DNA of 64,000 nt from Patescibacteria group bacterium (GCA_041649155.1 JBAZNP010000001.1:430564-494563), one strand, 5' to 3'; shown: positions 52,100 through 62,445, numbered from the stretch's first letter. Made by a program: numbers and translations. Notes: generated by a model not told the origin, from the sequence alone.

Positions 52100-52495
52100 C
52101 TACTTGTTATTATTTAAGGCGTTTTTAAGCCGGTTTACTTTGTTTTCTAAACTCAAATCAATTTCTATATCATCTGCTTTGACTATTATTCCAGCAGTTT
52201 GACTGGGTGTAATTATATTTTTTAAAATTAACTCTTTTTTAAATTGTTTAGTCAACTTATCTTCGATTTCTTTGGTTTGATCTTTGTCTAATGCTTTTGA
52301 CGAATAAACTTTAACTAAAATTTTATTGTTTTGTTTCGCATACTCAGAATCAAGGCACTCAAGAATTTTTGATAAATCCTTATGCTGATTGTTTCGCTGC
52401 AATTTGTACCAGAAATTCTTGGCGATATCTTTGATATTGCCTTGTTCCATTCCTGCAATCAGGACTTTTGCATATTGTTCTGGGGTAATTTTCAT
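52100..52495 (-). CDS. atpH: F1 ATP synthase subunit delta (short form)
   Basis: Position between atpF and atpA. Length 131 aa. Weak OSCP-like pattern. Confidence 0.55.
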   Translation of the reverse strand: MKITPEQYAKVLIAGMEQGNIKDIAKNFWYKLQRNNQHKDLSKILECLDSEYAKQNNKILVKVYSSKALDKDQTKEIEDKLTKQFKKELILKNIITPSQTAGIIVKADDIEIDLSLENKVNRLKNALNNNK

Positions 52496-52615
52496 AATAT
52501 TAATTGCTATATTGCTATATTGCTATATTGCTATATTGCTATATTGTCATATTGCTACTGCCCAGGCTCCTGTAGCCTTAACAATTTAACAATAAAACAA
52601 TGTAACAATAATAAT
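52496..52615. repeat. (CTATATTG)x5 tandem array plus inverted AACAATTTAACAATAAAACAATGTAACAAT. A MITE-like unit of the ATATTG/CAATAT family.
   Basis: Seen directly between atpH and atpF. Confidence 0.6.
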
Positions 52616-52618
52616 GAT

Positions 52619-53101
52619 TTATAACTCTTTAATTGCTTGTTCTGTTAATTTCGCTTTGCTATTGGCATCTATTTCTTCGCCAACGATCTTATCCAATGCC
52701 ATTACTACAACGTTCGATAACTCTTTTTTAGCTTCTTTTAAGGCTCTTTCCTTCGCCATGCCTGCTTCTTCGTCGGCATTTTTTAATATTTTATCTGCCT
52801 GATCGTTTGCTTTTTTAACTATGGATGCGGCTTTTTCACTCGCTTCCTTTTTGGCTTCTGAAATAATTTTATCAGCCTCTTTAAAGGCATCATCCTTTAT
52901 CTTGTCAGCATTTTCTTTTGCCTGACCCAAACATTTCTCTGCATTTTCCGAATCCTTTAATCCTTTACAGATTTTTTCCTCCCTGTCGCTCAACATTTTT
53001 GTGATTGGTTTATACAAGAATTTGGAGAGTACCAAAAAAAGTACAACAAAATTTACTATTTGCGCGATCAATAATTTTAAATCTATTCCTAAAGCTTCCA
53101 T
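52619..53101 (-). CDS. atpF: Fo ATP synthase subunit b
   Basis: N-terminal TM (LIAQIVNFVVLFLVL) followed by a long charged helix. Operon position. Confidence 0.65.
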   Translation of the reverse strand: MEALGIDLKLLIAQIVNFVVLFLVLSKFLYKPITKMLSDREEKICKGLKDSENAEKCLGQAKENADKIKDDAFKEADKIISEAKKEASEKAASIVKKANDQADKILKNADEEAGMAKERALKEAKKELSNVVVMALDKIVGEEIDANSKAKLTEQAIKEL

Positions 53102-53188
53102 GATAATTTTCTCCGAAAATTAGTAGTCAGTACTCAGTAGTCAGTTTTCAGCTAAGTGCTGATTTACTGACAACTGATTTACTAACAA

Positions 53189-53437
<249 letters not shown>

Positions 53438-53439
53438 TT

Positions 53440-53535
53440 ATATTGTTTTATTGTTACATTGCTCTATTGCTAACCTCGCCTACCCTCTCCTTAGAAAGGA
53501 GAGGAGCAATATAACAATTTAGCAATACAACAATT
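53440..53535. repeat. Complete MITE-like unit: ATATTGTTTTATTGTTACATTGCTCTATTGCT...CCCTCTCCTT-AGAAA-GGAGAGG...AATATAACAATTTAGCAATACAACAAT
   Basis: Near-identical to the copy embedded in miaA (44581-44670). The same hairpin core occurs in rsmA at 11097-11135. Confidence 0.65.
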
Positions 53536-53536
53536 A

Positions 53537-54286
53537 TTAGTGTGCTTCTGCGGCATGGTCTGTTATAGCCATTTTTATAAATACTAAAGCAAGCATTGTG
53601 AATACTAAAGCCTGAATGAAACCGACGAATATTTCAAGCAGATAAAATGGCAATGGCGCAACATAAGGAACAATCATAGCAATAACCGTAAGTAAAACTT
53701 CTCCGGCAAAAATATTTCCGAACAGACGAAAGGAAAAGGAAATCATTTTGGAAAATTCTGATACTATCTCCAGAGTGCCGACGAAGAAATCAATTGGTCC
53801 CTTGAAATTAATAAATCTACTAAAGTATTTGGTAAATCCAATAGCGAGTACGCCGAAAACCTGAACCATTACGACGGTCAAGATCGCGAGAGCTAAAGTT
53901 GTATTGAGATCGGCGTTACCGCCACGGAAAATTGGAATGAAAACTTCTTTGCCGTGATGGATTTCATGAAGGCCGATTGTACCAACACCAGGAAGAAGAC
54001 CAAGCCAGTTGTTTGTAATGATAAAAAGAAATATTGTCGCTAAAAGAGGGAAATATTTCTTCGTTTGTTCTTTGTCGTCTATTACGCTGTTAACCATATT
54101 AAACAGAAGCTCAACTATTGTCTCAAAGAAGTTTTGGATTCCACGGGGAATATCTTTTAAATTTCTGGCGGCTAAAACACCAAAAACAATAAGCAGCAAA
54201 GTGGCAATCCAGCTTGTTAGCATTGAGTTTGTGATCGGCATTGATCCAATGTGCCCGATTTTTTCAGCAGCTAAGGAAATTTCCAT
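53537..54286 (-). CDS. atpB: Fo ATP synthase subunit a
   Basis: Five TM helices. Conserved Arg in FSFRLFGNIFAGE. Confidence 0.8.
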   Translation of the reverse strand: MEISLAAEKIGHIGSMPITNSMLTSWIATLLLIVFGVLAARNLKDIPRGIQNFFETIVELLFNMVNSVIDDKEQTKKYFPLLATIFLFIITNNWLGLLPGVGTIGLHEIHHGKEVFIPIFRGGNADLNTTLALAILTVVMVQVFGVLAIGFTKYFSRFINFKGPIDFFVGTLEIVSEFSKMISFSFRLFGNIFAGEVLLTVIAMIVPYVAPLPFYLLEIFVGFIQALVFTMLALVFIKMAITDHAAEAH

Positions 54287-54380
54287 GAAAATTTTTAATT
54301 TTTAATTTAAAATTTCTAATCAATTTCTAATTTTAAAATTTTTAAACATTAATCATTAAAAATTGAATAAAAATTAAGAA

Positions 54381-54626
54381 TTAAAAATTTCTGATAGCGT
54401 CTCTAACAATTTTTCTTAAAGTAAAGTAAACAATTACTGTAGCAAGGAATAAACCGGCTAAGAATAAGTAAGGTGCTGTTCCATATTTGTTGTCCAGATA
54501 ACGACCTAAAAGGCCGAATATTACTAATGGAAGGGCAGTCGCAAAGCCAATCTGTCCGATTAATGAAAAAGAGAAAATCATACTCTTCTTCAAAGAATTA
54601 TCTTTTTTTGTGTCTTCTTTTTTCAA
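54381..54626 (-). CDS. AtpZ/AtpI-like small membrane protein, first gene of the atp operon
   Basis: 81 aa, two TM helices. Position upstream of atpB. Confidence 0.45.
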   Translation of the reverse strand: MKKEDTKKDNSLKKSMIFSFSLIGQIGFATALPLVIFGLLGRYLDNKYGTAPYLFLAGLFLATVIVYFTLRKIVRDAIRNF

Positions 54627-54788
54627 AATCTATAAGCCCAAGCTAACACTGCCACGAAGCGCTGTCAATATAGGGGACTATTGACGGAAATTAAGACCTG
54701 TGATAAGGGTTTTGTAAATTATTTTAATATTTCGTTAATTTATGTTTTTTTAATGTTTTGTTAAGTCTCTCTGCATAAAATAAATATT

Positions 54789-56342
54789 GTGAATAAAGTT
54801 GCAAAAATATTTTCGGCTGCGACGGTTGGTCTGGAATCGTATTTAGTTGAGGTGGAAGTCGACATAGGAGCAGGGCTTCCTTCTTTTAGTATTGTTGGTC
54901 TTCCTGATAAGGCGATTGATGAAAGTAAGGAGAGAATTCGAGCGGCGATCAAAAATTCTAATGTAAATTTTCCCCAGCATCGTCTTACAATAAATTTGGC
55001 TCCAGCTGACGTTAAGAAAGAGGGGCCTAGTTTTGATTTGCCGATGGCGGTTGGAATATTGCTGGCTGGCGAGCAGCTTCAACATATTCCTGAATATAAA
55101 AAATCATTGTTTATTGGTGAACTTTCGCTTAATGGTGAGCTTCGTCACGTTAACGGGATTTTACCGATAGTGCTTTTTGCGGCTCAAAATGGATTTGAAC
55201 GGGTGTACTTACCTGAAGTGAATGCTCACGAGGCATCTTTGATAAAAGGAATTGATATTTTTGCTGTCAAAGATTTGAAACAGTTGGTGAAACATTTGAG
55301 AAGCGAAGAAATCATCAAGCCGTACCCAAAAGTTACAAGTTACAAGAAACAAGATACAAACAATACTGAATTCGACTTTGCGTATGTGGCGGGACAAGAA
55401 CAGGTTAAGAGGGCGATGGAGATTGCGGCTGCGGGAAATCATAACATTTTACTTTCCGGACCTCCCGGGTCGGGTAAAACTTTGTTGGCCAGAAGCATTA
55501 CTACGATTTTGCCGGAAATGGACGAGGATGAGATGCTTGATGTGACCAAGATTTATTCTGTGGCAGGAATGCTGATAAGTGGCGAGCGTAGTCGAACCAT
55601 GAATAGTTTGATATCGGAGCGTCCCTTTCGTTCTCCTCATCATACGACATCAAGCGTAGCTCTTATCGGAGGAGGGCAGTGGCCTCGCCCAGGAGAGATA
55701 AGCCTTTCCCATCGAGGCATACTCTTTTTGGATGAATTTCCTGAGTTTCCAAGGAATGTATTGGAAGCATTGCGCCAGCCGCTCGAAGATGGTGTTGTCA
55801 CTGTCTCGCGTGCGCAGGGAAGTTTGACATTTCCGGCTGAATTTTTGTTGGTCGCGGCACAAAATCCCTGTCCTTGCGGTTATCTTTCTGATCCGGACCG
55901 GCGTTGTATTTGTACTCCAATTCAGATTATGAGATATCAGAAAAAGATCTCCGGTCCGCTTTTGGATAGGATTGATATTCACATTGAAGTGCCAAGGCTG
56001 AAATATGAGAAGCTGGCAAGTAAAAAAGTAGCAGAGTCATCGAGCGAAGTTAAAAAAAGAGTGCAGGAAGCGAGGAATATTCAAAATAAAAGGTTTGAAG
56101 GTTTGAAAATCAAGGCAAATTCGGGGATAAATTCACGTAGAATTAAGGAATTTTGCCAGCTTGATCTTGAAGCTGAAAGGGTTTTGGCTAGTGCAGTTGA
56201 GCAAATGAAGCTTTCTGCTCGTGTATATCACAGGCTTTTAAAAATTGCCCGAACAATTGCGGATTTAGAGAAATCCGAGATCATCCAGGCAAACCATATC
56301 GCTGAAGCTCTTCAATATAGGCCGAAAGAGAAAGCTTATTGA
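54789..56342 (+). CDS. comM: Mg-chelatase-like AAA+ ATPase ComM/YifB family
   Basis: Lon-like N-domain, Walker A LLSGPPGSGKT, Walker B ILFLDEFPEF and C-terminal helical domain. In-frame insertion at about 55330-55365 (KVTSYKKQDTNNT from ACAAGTT repeats). Confidence 0.85.
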   Translation: MNKVAKIFSAATVGLESYLVEVEVDIGAGLPSFSIVGLPDKAIDESKERIRAAIKNSNVNFPQHRLTINLAPADVKKEGPSFDLPMAVGILLAGEQLQHIPEYKKSLFIGELSLNGELRHVNGILPIVLFAAQNGFERVYLPEVNAHEASLIKGIDIFAVKDLKQLVKHLRSEEIIKPYPKVTSYKKQDTNNTEFDFAYVAGQEQVKRAMEIAAAGNHNILLSGPPGSGKTLLARSITTILPEMDEDEMLDVTKIYSVAGMLISGERSRTMNSLISERPFRSPHHTTSSVALIGGGQWPRPGEISLSHRGILFLDEFPEFPRNVLEALRQPLEDGVVTVSRAQGSLTFPAEFLLVAAQNPCPCGYLSDPDRRCICTPIQIMRYQKKISGPLLDRIDIHIEVPRLKYEKLASKKVAESSSEVKKRVQEARNIQNKRFEGLKIKANSGINSRRIKEFCQLDLEAERVLASAVEQMKLSARVYHRLLKIARTIADLEKSEIIQANHIAEALQYRPKEKAY

Positions 56343-56439
56343 TTCTTAAAAAAATGTGGACCGCAGCTCTGAGCGTAGCTGCGGTCTTTGCCAGTGAGGG
56401 TTATTTCCCTCATCTTGTTATAGATTGGTGACCGATCGA

Positions 56440-56859
56440 TCAGTGAGAACCGACCAGTCCGCGTGCTGCCTCGTAAGCGGCACTGCTCCACTTAAAGGGG
56501 GCAGAGTCCTTTTCCTTGAGCCGGAATAAGATTATTCCCTTCTCTTCAATACACTCAAGAAGAAGCTTTCCTCCCTCTACTGTTGCAGATAAACCAGCCT
56601 TCATTGACTGAAGGAGCCTTGTTATCTTGGTCACTCTGCATAGTTCGCAGGGTATTACCAAGATGCCGGTTTCTGCTGATTTGACGATATCGATCGCCTC
56701 ATCTAATCCTTTGGGGAGAATTATCTCCGTTGCCTTTGTTTTTCCCACCACTTGTTCCACTTTCCATTCCTCCTTGATGTTCTCTATGCTAGAGACAGTG
56801 GTTATATGAAGAGAATTATACTGATAGTTTAGCTGTTTGTCAACAAAAAAACCGCTCAC
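56440..56859 (-). CDS. Hypothetical protein (139 aa), with higher GC than surrounding genes
   Basis: ORF only. No family recognised. Confidence 0.4.
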   Translation of the reverse strand: MSGFFVDKQLNYQYNSLHITTVSSIENIKEEWKVEQVVGKTKATEIILPKGLDEAIDIVKSAETGILVIPCELCRVTKITRLLQSMKAGLSATVEGGKLLLECIEEKGIILFRLKEKDSAPFKWSSAAYEAARGLVGSH

Positions 56860-56863
56860 TCTT

Positions 56864-56946
56864 TGTCATTCCCGCGAAGGCGGGAATTCACTAAGATTTA
56901 CTATCCTGGATCCCCGGGCCATGGCGTTGCCTGCCCGAGGATGACA
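56864..56946. repeat. TGTCATTCCCGCGAAGGCGGGAAT...GCCCGAGGATGACA palindromic element
   Basis: Inverted TGTCAT/ATGACA ends with internal ATTCCCGC-GAAG-GCGGGAAT hairpin. Confidence 0.65.
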
Positions 56947-56968
56947 TGGAGAACGGCGTTTTTTTGAA

Positions 56969-57313
56969 TTATTGTGTTTGAATATTGGCGACTCTGTATA
57001 TCCAATCGCCGAATGAGCTTAAAACGTTTGTTTTTGCGCCCAACAGACAGATCCCTGTGAAGAGTACGCCAAGGATTAGGATTATGAATAATATCTTTTT
57101 AACATCTTTTTTGACATGATCGTATTGATTGTTTGAGTAGGGGTCATCGGTTTTGGGAGATGTTGGTTCTGTGACCTTGTTATCTATCCCATTGGAAATT
57201 GATTCTTCTGAGACAACAGGATCAGATGAAATAAATGTAGTGGTATTAATTTCTTGTGGAGTTGACTTAACTGACTTATTTTTCTTGAATTTTTTATTCT
57301 TTTTCTTTGACAT
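56969..57313 (-). CDS. Small K-rich protein with a C-terminal TM anchor
   Basis: Start taken at MSKKKNKKFKK. Hydrophobic segment ILFIILILGVLFTGICLLGA. Confidence 0.35.
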   Translation of the reverse strand: MSKKKNKKFKKNKSVKSTPQEINTTTFISSDPVVSEESISNGIDNKVTEPTSPKTDDPYSNNQYDHVKKDVKKILFIILILGVLFTGICLLGAKTNVLSSFGDWIYRVANIQTQ

Positions 57314-57492
57314 GTATTCCTTCCTTCTTAAATGGCTCATAATTAATGTAGTATATGATGGGAAGTTTGGCAATCCCATTTGATAAAATAGGATCACATT
57401 GAATAATATTATTAAATAATCAGGGTTTACACTTGTGCCTGATTATGTTAATATTTTTATTGTTTAGTAAGGATCGGGGCTTGTGTAAATTC

Positions 57493-57567
<75 letters not shown>

Positions 57568-57594
57568 TTCGACTCGTCGTCGATAAATTTGTTT

Positions 57595-57668
57595 GGTCTG
57601 GTGGCCGAGTGGTTAGGCAGCGGTCTGCAAAACCGCGTACCCCGGTTCAAGTCCGGGCCAGACCTCCA
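57595..57668 (+). tRNA. tRNA-Cys (GCA)
   Basis: Acceptor GGTCTGG/CCAGACC, anticodon loop CTGCAAA and T-arm CCGGTTCAAGTCCGG. Confidence 0.75.
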
Positions 57669-57758
57669 AAATTAGAATTAAGAATCTGGAATTACGAATC
57701 AAGAAGAATTGAAAATTTATCCATAATTCATTATTCTATATTCATAATTCTTTCATGT

Positions 57759-57833
57759 GCGGGTATCGTATAGCGGCTATTATACGTCCTTGCCAAGGAT
57801 GAGATACGGGTTCGACTCCCGTTACCCGCTCCA
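57759..57833 (+). tRNA. tRNA-Gly (GCC)
   Basis: GCGGGTATCGTATAGCGG...CCTTGCCAAGG...GGTTCGACTCCCGTTACCCGCTCCA. Confidence 0.85.
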
Positions 57834-57878
57834 TAATAAAAGCCACAGCTTGTCTGTGGCTTTTATTATGGAGCGGGT
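57824..57878 (+). terminator. 25-bp perfect inverted repeat (hairpin terminator) whose left arm includes the last 10 nt of tRNA-Gly
   Basis: ACCCGCTCCATAATAAAAGCCACAG-CTTGT-CTGTGGCTTTTATTATGGAGCGGGT, seen directly. Confidence 0.6.
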
Positions 57879-58000
57879 TAGAATTTTATGTCAATTTATC
57901 AAATGTGCCCAGTTCATTTTTATTGACAGAATAAAGAAAATATTCTATAAGAATATTGACAAGGCGTTGCTTTAAGAGCGCTTTGAAGCATTAAAAAAAT

Positions 58001-58285
58001 TTGAAAGGGGTGGCTAGACTGTGCATTGAACAGATTCGTGCGGTAGTAGAGGGAAACATTGTTTTCGGTAAAAATGGCTCTTATATCGTCACTCGGCCTA
58101 TTGATCGAGATGATTTAGGGTCAATTACGTTCTCTATGTCTGTTTGGTCTGAAGAAACACAACCTGAATCAGGACACGTTGTCATTTTGGAAGCGCTTAC
58201 AAAGAAGCGCGGAGGATGGCGAGCTGGTCAGGCGAGATTTCTTCGGCTGGAAGACGAGAGACCAGCAATCAGCAAAGGAGCATAA
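58001..58285 (+). CDS. Hypothetical small protein (94 aa), first gene of a higher-GC two-gene cassette. Start ambiguous (TTG 58001 or GTG 58010).
   Basis: Promoter-like TTGACA-17-TATAAG at about 57927-57955. The stop TAA at 58283 lies 2 nt before the TTG start of the next gene, whose SD AAAGGAG lies inside this ORF's 3' end. Confidence 0.4.
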   Translation: MKGVARLCIEQIRAVVEGNIVFGKNGSYIVTRPIDRDDLGSITFSMSVWSEETQPESGHVVILEALTKKRGGWRAGQARFLRLEDERPAISKGA

Positions 58286-58287
58286 AA

Positions 58288-60333
58288 TTGGGAAAAGCTG
58301 TAGCTACAGGAAGAGGTAATGAGGATGTTGTTGAGCTTGAGCAATTGCGATTGTCTCCAGTCGTGCGAGATTACCCCGAGCCTTGTTTTTGGGAAGAGGA
58401 CAGCGAGAGACTTGCACACATAACAATCGTAAATGGCAACGATTTTCCGAAGCAGAATATACTTGAAGGTCTCGGAATTGTCTCCGGACTCAGTAGCTCG
58501 TTTGGTATTTGCGACCCAGAGGAGATCAGAAAGCGTATCTCCTTAATGCGATTTTTCTGCGAAAATCCGGATATCAGAGAATGGTTTTCAGGGATGCGGA
58601 TAAAATTTGATATGCCGAATAATGAGCAGACTTTTGTGTCGTTCATTAACACAGGAGAGCGCAACCCCTATTGGTCTGGTGTTCATGAATTTTTAGGAGT
58701 AATGAACAAGACCAAAAACAAGAAATTGATGCCTGATGAACTGGCATCGTTTCTGAGAGTACTGGAAAGGTCAGCGGGTCTTGAGCAGGATGAACAGGCG
58801 ATGTTTGCTGCCATCGACAAACGGATTCAGAACATTGCTCATCTGGAAGGGTTTGTTGAGTTCGGTGTATCTCAGTTCACCAGTTCTAGTTGGTACCTAG
58901 TCAACGGAAAAGAAGATGGTGTTACTCACAAGGCTTCTCTTTCGGCTATGCGAACTGCGTGTTTTGGTTATCGTCGCTATTCAGAGGCAATCCGGAACTT
59001 TACTTCGAAACCTTATCCGGAGTGGTTTGACCAGTGGTGGAATCCAAGACGTTGGTTCGCAAATATTGAGGTAGAGAAAAAGCGAATTGATGAAATGAAC
59101 GCAGAGGCAAGGGCTGCAGTATATGCGGATCAATCAGTATTATCAATTCCGGATATGCTGCTGGCTGATATTCATAAGGCGGTAACTGATCGTATTAACA
59201 GTTTGCGCCTTGGTGTACGTGATCTTGCGTATGGATGTTTGTTAGTGCGTTTCTCCTATGCTTCAGGCAGGTTGAGACTCCAGATCTACAATCTCACGGT
59301 TGGATCTTATTCCAGTGCGCCGGAATTCCAGTTCGCCAAAGAAGACGTGTACAGGGGCAAGGTTGCAGAGGAAATGTGCTCTAACTGGGAACACCTGGAT
59401 CAGCAGATGAATGATCAGATACTGTCGGTCGCGAGCGTTGGCATACGTCGTAAGCTGCTCAAACAGAACAAGAATCTATTTTGCGAGTTTGAAGCGCCTA
59501 GTCCTCAAACAAACGAGAAGTACCAATGGGATTCATTGAGTACTTTCTATCGCCATCTGGCGGTAGATGCAGTCTACACTGAGTGCATCAAGCATAGGCG
59601 GTACTTCTCGGCCAGCTTTGCCCAGCTCGGACGGATAAGTTCATTAGCTGAACGGCTCTGTGACGTGGCGCGCGAGTTGAAAGCTCCTCTATGCTATCCT
59701 GAGATCGTGGAAGAAGAGGATGATTCGGTCGTCGAATTCGATGGAATTTATCCTGTTGCTTTGTTGGCTGATCTTGCTGGCAAAAAGCCGGTCACGATCA
59801 AGGGGAGTATTTCAGGGGCAAGCCAAGTGGTGGGTCTAACTGGCAGAAACACTGGTGGTAAGACGGTCACTGCATTAACAATTGCAGCTAACATCTGGTT
59901 GGCTCAGAGCGGACTTCCGGTTCTTGGGCGATCGTTCCGTCTGAACGTCAAAAAGACTCTTGGTATGGTGTTTTTGGGTAAGGACGAAGGTTCGAGAAGT
60001 GACATCTTGCTGGGCAAGATCAAAGCGGTTCTCGAAGTTGCTTGCGTTCACAAAGGCAGTGAGATGGTAGTTATCGTGGACGAGCTTGGGGAAGGAACTC
60101 AGGAATCCTCCGGCGAAGTGTTTGGAAAGAGACTTCTGGCTACGCTTGCCGATAAGGGCATTACTACTCTATTCACAACGCAAATACTTGGTGTTGCTGA
60201 GTATGCCCAGGATTATCTGGATGCCCAATGCTATCGCTTGGATGCCAAACATCGTATGTGGTCTGGCATCGGCGGCGGCCAATTTGAGGCGTTGTTGAAA
60301 GAGCGTGGTATTGAAAAGCTCTTAGTACAGTAA
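58288..60333 (+). CDS. Divergent MutS2-like ABC ATPase (MutS domain V) with a ~520-aa uncharacterised N-terminal region and no Smr or mismatch-binding domains
   Basis: Walker A LTGRNTGGKTV (MutS2 reads GPNTGGKTV), Walker B/D-loop VVIVDELGEGTQESSGE and signature region ST..ILG. The protein ends about 20 aa after the ATPase. TTG start with an SD. GC by eye is about 10 points above neighbours. Confidence 0.55.
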   Translation: MGKAVATGRGNEDVVELEQLRLSPVVRDYPEPCFWEEDSERLAHITIVNGNDFPKQNILEGLGIVSGLSSSFGICDPEEIRKRISLMRFFCENPDIREWFSGMRIKFDMPNNEQTFVSFINTGERNPYWSGVHEFLGVMNKTKNKKLMPDELASFLRVLERSAGLEQDEQAMFAAIDKRIQNIAHLEGFVEFGVSQFTSSSWYLVNGKEDGVTHKASLSAMRTACFGYRRYSEAIRNFTSKPYPEWFDQWWNPRRWFANIEVEKKRIDEMNAEARAAVYADQSVLSIPDMLLADIHKAVTDRINSLRLGVRDLAYGCLLVRFSYASGRLRLQIYNLTVGSYSSAPEFQFAKEDVYRGKVAEEMCSNWEHLDQQMNDQILSVASVGIRRKLLKQNKNLFCEFEAPSPQTNEKYQWDSLSTFYRHLAVDAVYTECIKHRRYFSASFAQLGRISSLAERLCDVARELKAPLCYPEIVEEEDDSVVEFDGIYPVALLADLAGKKPVTIKGSISGASQVVGLTGRNTGGKTVTALTIAANIWLAQSGLPVLGRSFRLNVKKTLGMVFLGKDEGSRSDILLGKIKAVLEVACVHKGSEMVVIVDELGEGTQESSGEVFGKRLLATLADKGITTLFTTQILGVAEYAQDYLDAQCYRLDAKHRMWSGIGGGQFEALLKERGIEKLLVQ

Positions 60334-60489
60334 ACGCTAAAGCGTTTCAGGAAAATATTTATCCTTCCGGCATTGTTGCTGGGAGGATTTTTTTTAGCCG
60401 TTTTTATCGTCTTTGGGGTTGTAAATAAGTGTAAAGTCCAGTATTATGCTTGAAAAGCAAGGCAAATCAGTTTATTATGTTAAACATAC

Positions 60490-60708
60490 ATGTCAAATAT
60501 ATTTAAAATTATTCAAATTGTTCTGGCTATCCTACTCATGGCTGCAATTTTAATGCAGCAGAGAGGGTCGGGTCTTGGTATGGCATTTGGCGGTCAGGGC
60601 AATGTTTACCGATCACGCAGAGGCGCGGAAAAAATCCTGTTTATTGCAACTATTGTTATCGCTGTTCTCTTTTGTTTAACTGCTTTGGCCACAGTTTTCT
60701 TGGGCTAG
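60490..60708 (+). CDS. secG: Preprotein translocase subunit SecG
   Basis: 72 aa, two TM, with LMQQRGSGLG...GG motif. Confidence 0.7.
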   Translation: MSNIFKIIQIVLAILLMAAILMQQRGSGLGMAFGGQGNVYRSRRGAEKILFIATIVIAVLFCLTALATVFLG

Positions 60709-60833
60709 GCGCAACTATGAAATTATTTTTACAAATTATTGCTAATTTGTGTGCCCATTTGATTGATTTATTAAAAAATCTTTTTTTAATTATTTTAACT
60801 TTTTCTAAACGAGTTAAGAAAAGTATTGTACTC

Positions 60834-62249
60834 ATGAATAAGACTGAAAAGATACTGGCAGTCTCTTTTTTTATTTGTGCATTGGTTCTATCAGGATTGA
60901 AAGTTAAAGATGGTTTCTTTGAAAGAACAGTCACTGTTCCTGCCAGCGGTGGTGTATACAAAGAAGCAGTTTTTGGTGATTTTAAATACTTAAATCCGCT
61001 CTTGGCATCAACCGATGCTGAAAAATCTACATCAAAATTGGTTTTTTCCGGACTGATTAAGTACGACAAAAACAACAATGTTATCCCTGATATGGCTGAA
61101 AAGTGGGAAATTTCACCGGATAATTTGAAATATACTTTCTATCTTCGAAACGATGTTATGTTCCACGATGGCAAGAAGCTGACTGCTGAAGATGTAGCAT
61201 ACACGGTTGAAAAAATAAAAGCACCAGCATTTGAGAGTCCATTGTCGAGTGCCTGGGCTGATATTAATGTTACGGTTGACGGGGATAAGGTTATTTTTGA
61301 CTTGCCGAGGGCCTATGGTCCCTTTATCTATAATTGTGATTTTGGAATTTTGCCTTCACATTTATCTGATGACGAGTTTAACAGTAAGTTGGTTGGAACC
61401 GGTCCATATAAATTTGTTAGCACGGCGACCAAGAATAATAAAATTACTAAGTTAAATCTTGAGAGCAATTCCTTGTATTTTAATGGCGAGCCTTACATTG
61501 CCAAGATGGAGTTTGATTTTTTTGGTAATAAAGATGACGCGAAGCTTGCTTTTAAGAACAAAGAAACGAATGCGATTTCTGGTGTGAGCAGTGATGATAA
61601 AAATTTGACCGATTTATCTTTTAAGACAAATAAAAAACTCGGCCTGATTTTTAATTTAAGGAAAGATCAATTTAAAGATAAAGCTTATCGTCAAAATATT
61701 TTAAGCGATGCTAAACCAGCAGATGATAATGCCGAGCCAACAGGCGATGTAGTAAAAATAACTTTAACGACTTTGGATAATGAGCTACAAAGAAGCAAGG
61801 CTGAAGAATTAAAAAAACAATTTGCTGAAAAAAATATAAACTTGGATATTAAATATTTAAACTCCGTGAAAATGCAGGAAGCTTTGAGCAGCAGAGATTA
61901 TGAATTATTACTGGTTGGTTTTGATTTTGGATATGATCCTGATCCCTACGTGTTCTGGCATTCTTCACAAATGGAGCAGCTTAATTTTGCTGGTTTTAGC
62001 GACAAGAACTCAGACATTTTGCTTGAAGACGCAAGAATGTTGACTGATTATGCAGCTAGAAATGAGAAATATAATCAGTTCTTTGAGACTATAAAAAACG
62101 AAGCTTTGGGAGTTTTCTACGATCCGCTCAGCTCCTCCTATCAAGTAAAGCCTGAGATTAAAGATGCGACTGTTAATTGTAGCGAAGCTGATTATAGATT
62201 TAATGGAGTTGAGAAGTGGTATATCAAAACTAAACGGGTGAAAAAGTAA
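60834..62249 (+). CDS. ABC transporter substrate-binding protein, family 5 (oligopeptide/nickel-binding type)
   Basis: Signal anchor then SBP_bac_5-like pattern (..LVGTGPYKFV...). Start taken at MNKTEK. Confidence 0.65.
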   Translation: MNKTEKILAVSFFICALVLSGLKVKDGFFERTVTVPASGGVYKEAVFGDFKYLNPLLASTDAEKSTSKLVFSGLIKYDKNNNVIPDMAEKWEISPDNLKYTFYLRNDVMFHDGKKLTAEDVAYTVEKIKAPAFESPLSSAWADINVTVDGDKVIFDLPRAYGPFIYNCDFGILPSHLSDDEFNSKLVGTGPYKFVSTATKNNKITKLNLESNSLYFNGEPYIAKMEFDFFGNKDDAKLAFKNKETNAISGVSSDDKNLTDLSFKTNKKLGLIFNLRKDQFKDKAYRQNILSDAKPADDNAEPTGDVVKITLTTLDNELQRSKAEELKKQFAEKNINLDIKYLNSVKMQEALSSRDYELLLVGFDFGYDPDPYVFWHSSQMEQLNFAGFSDKNSDILLEDARMLTDYAARNEKYNQFFETIKNEALGVFYDPLSSSYQVKPEIKDATVNCSEADYRFNGVEKWYIKTKRVKK

Positions 62250-62303
62250 ATCAGTTGTCAGTTCTCGGCCCGCCTGCCGGCGAGGCAAGTTGTAAGTAGT
62301 TAT

Positions 62304-62389
62304 GGGCGCGTGGCGGAATGGTAGACGCGCTACGTTCAGGTCGTAGTGAGAGCAATCTCGTGGAGGTTCAAGTCCTCTCGCGCCCACCA
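62304..62389 (+). tRNA. tRNA-Leu (CAG), with a long variable arm
   Basis: GGGCGCGTGGCGGAATGGTAGACGC...TTCAGGT...long arm...GAGGTTCAAGTCCTCTCGCGCCCACCA. The minus-strand track ORF at 62010-62390 overlapping it is spurious. Confidence 0.85.
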
Positions 62390-62445
62390 AATAGCTACCC
62401 CCATTGTTTTAATTGCAAAAGAATATTATTATTTAAGCAATAACT

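Noticed and set aside
62010-62390. Minus-strand ORF of 126 aa
   Set aside because: It overlaps tRNA-Leu(CAG) on the opposite strand and the 3' end of the SBP gene. Its translation begins MVGARGLEPPRD, the typical antisense-tRNA artefact.
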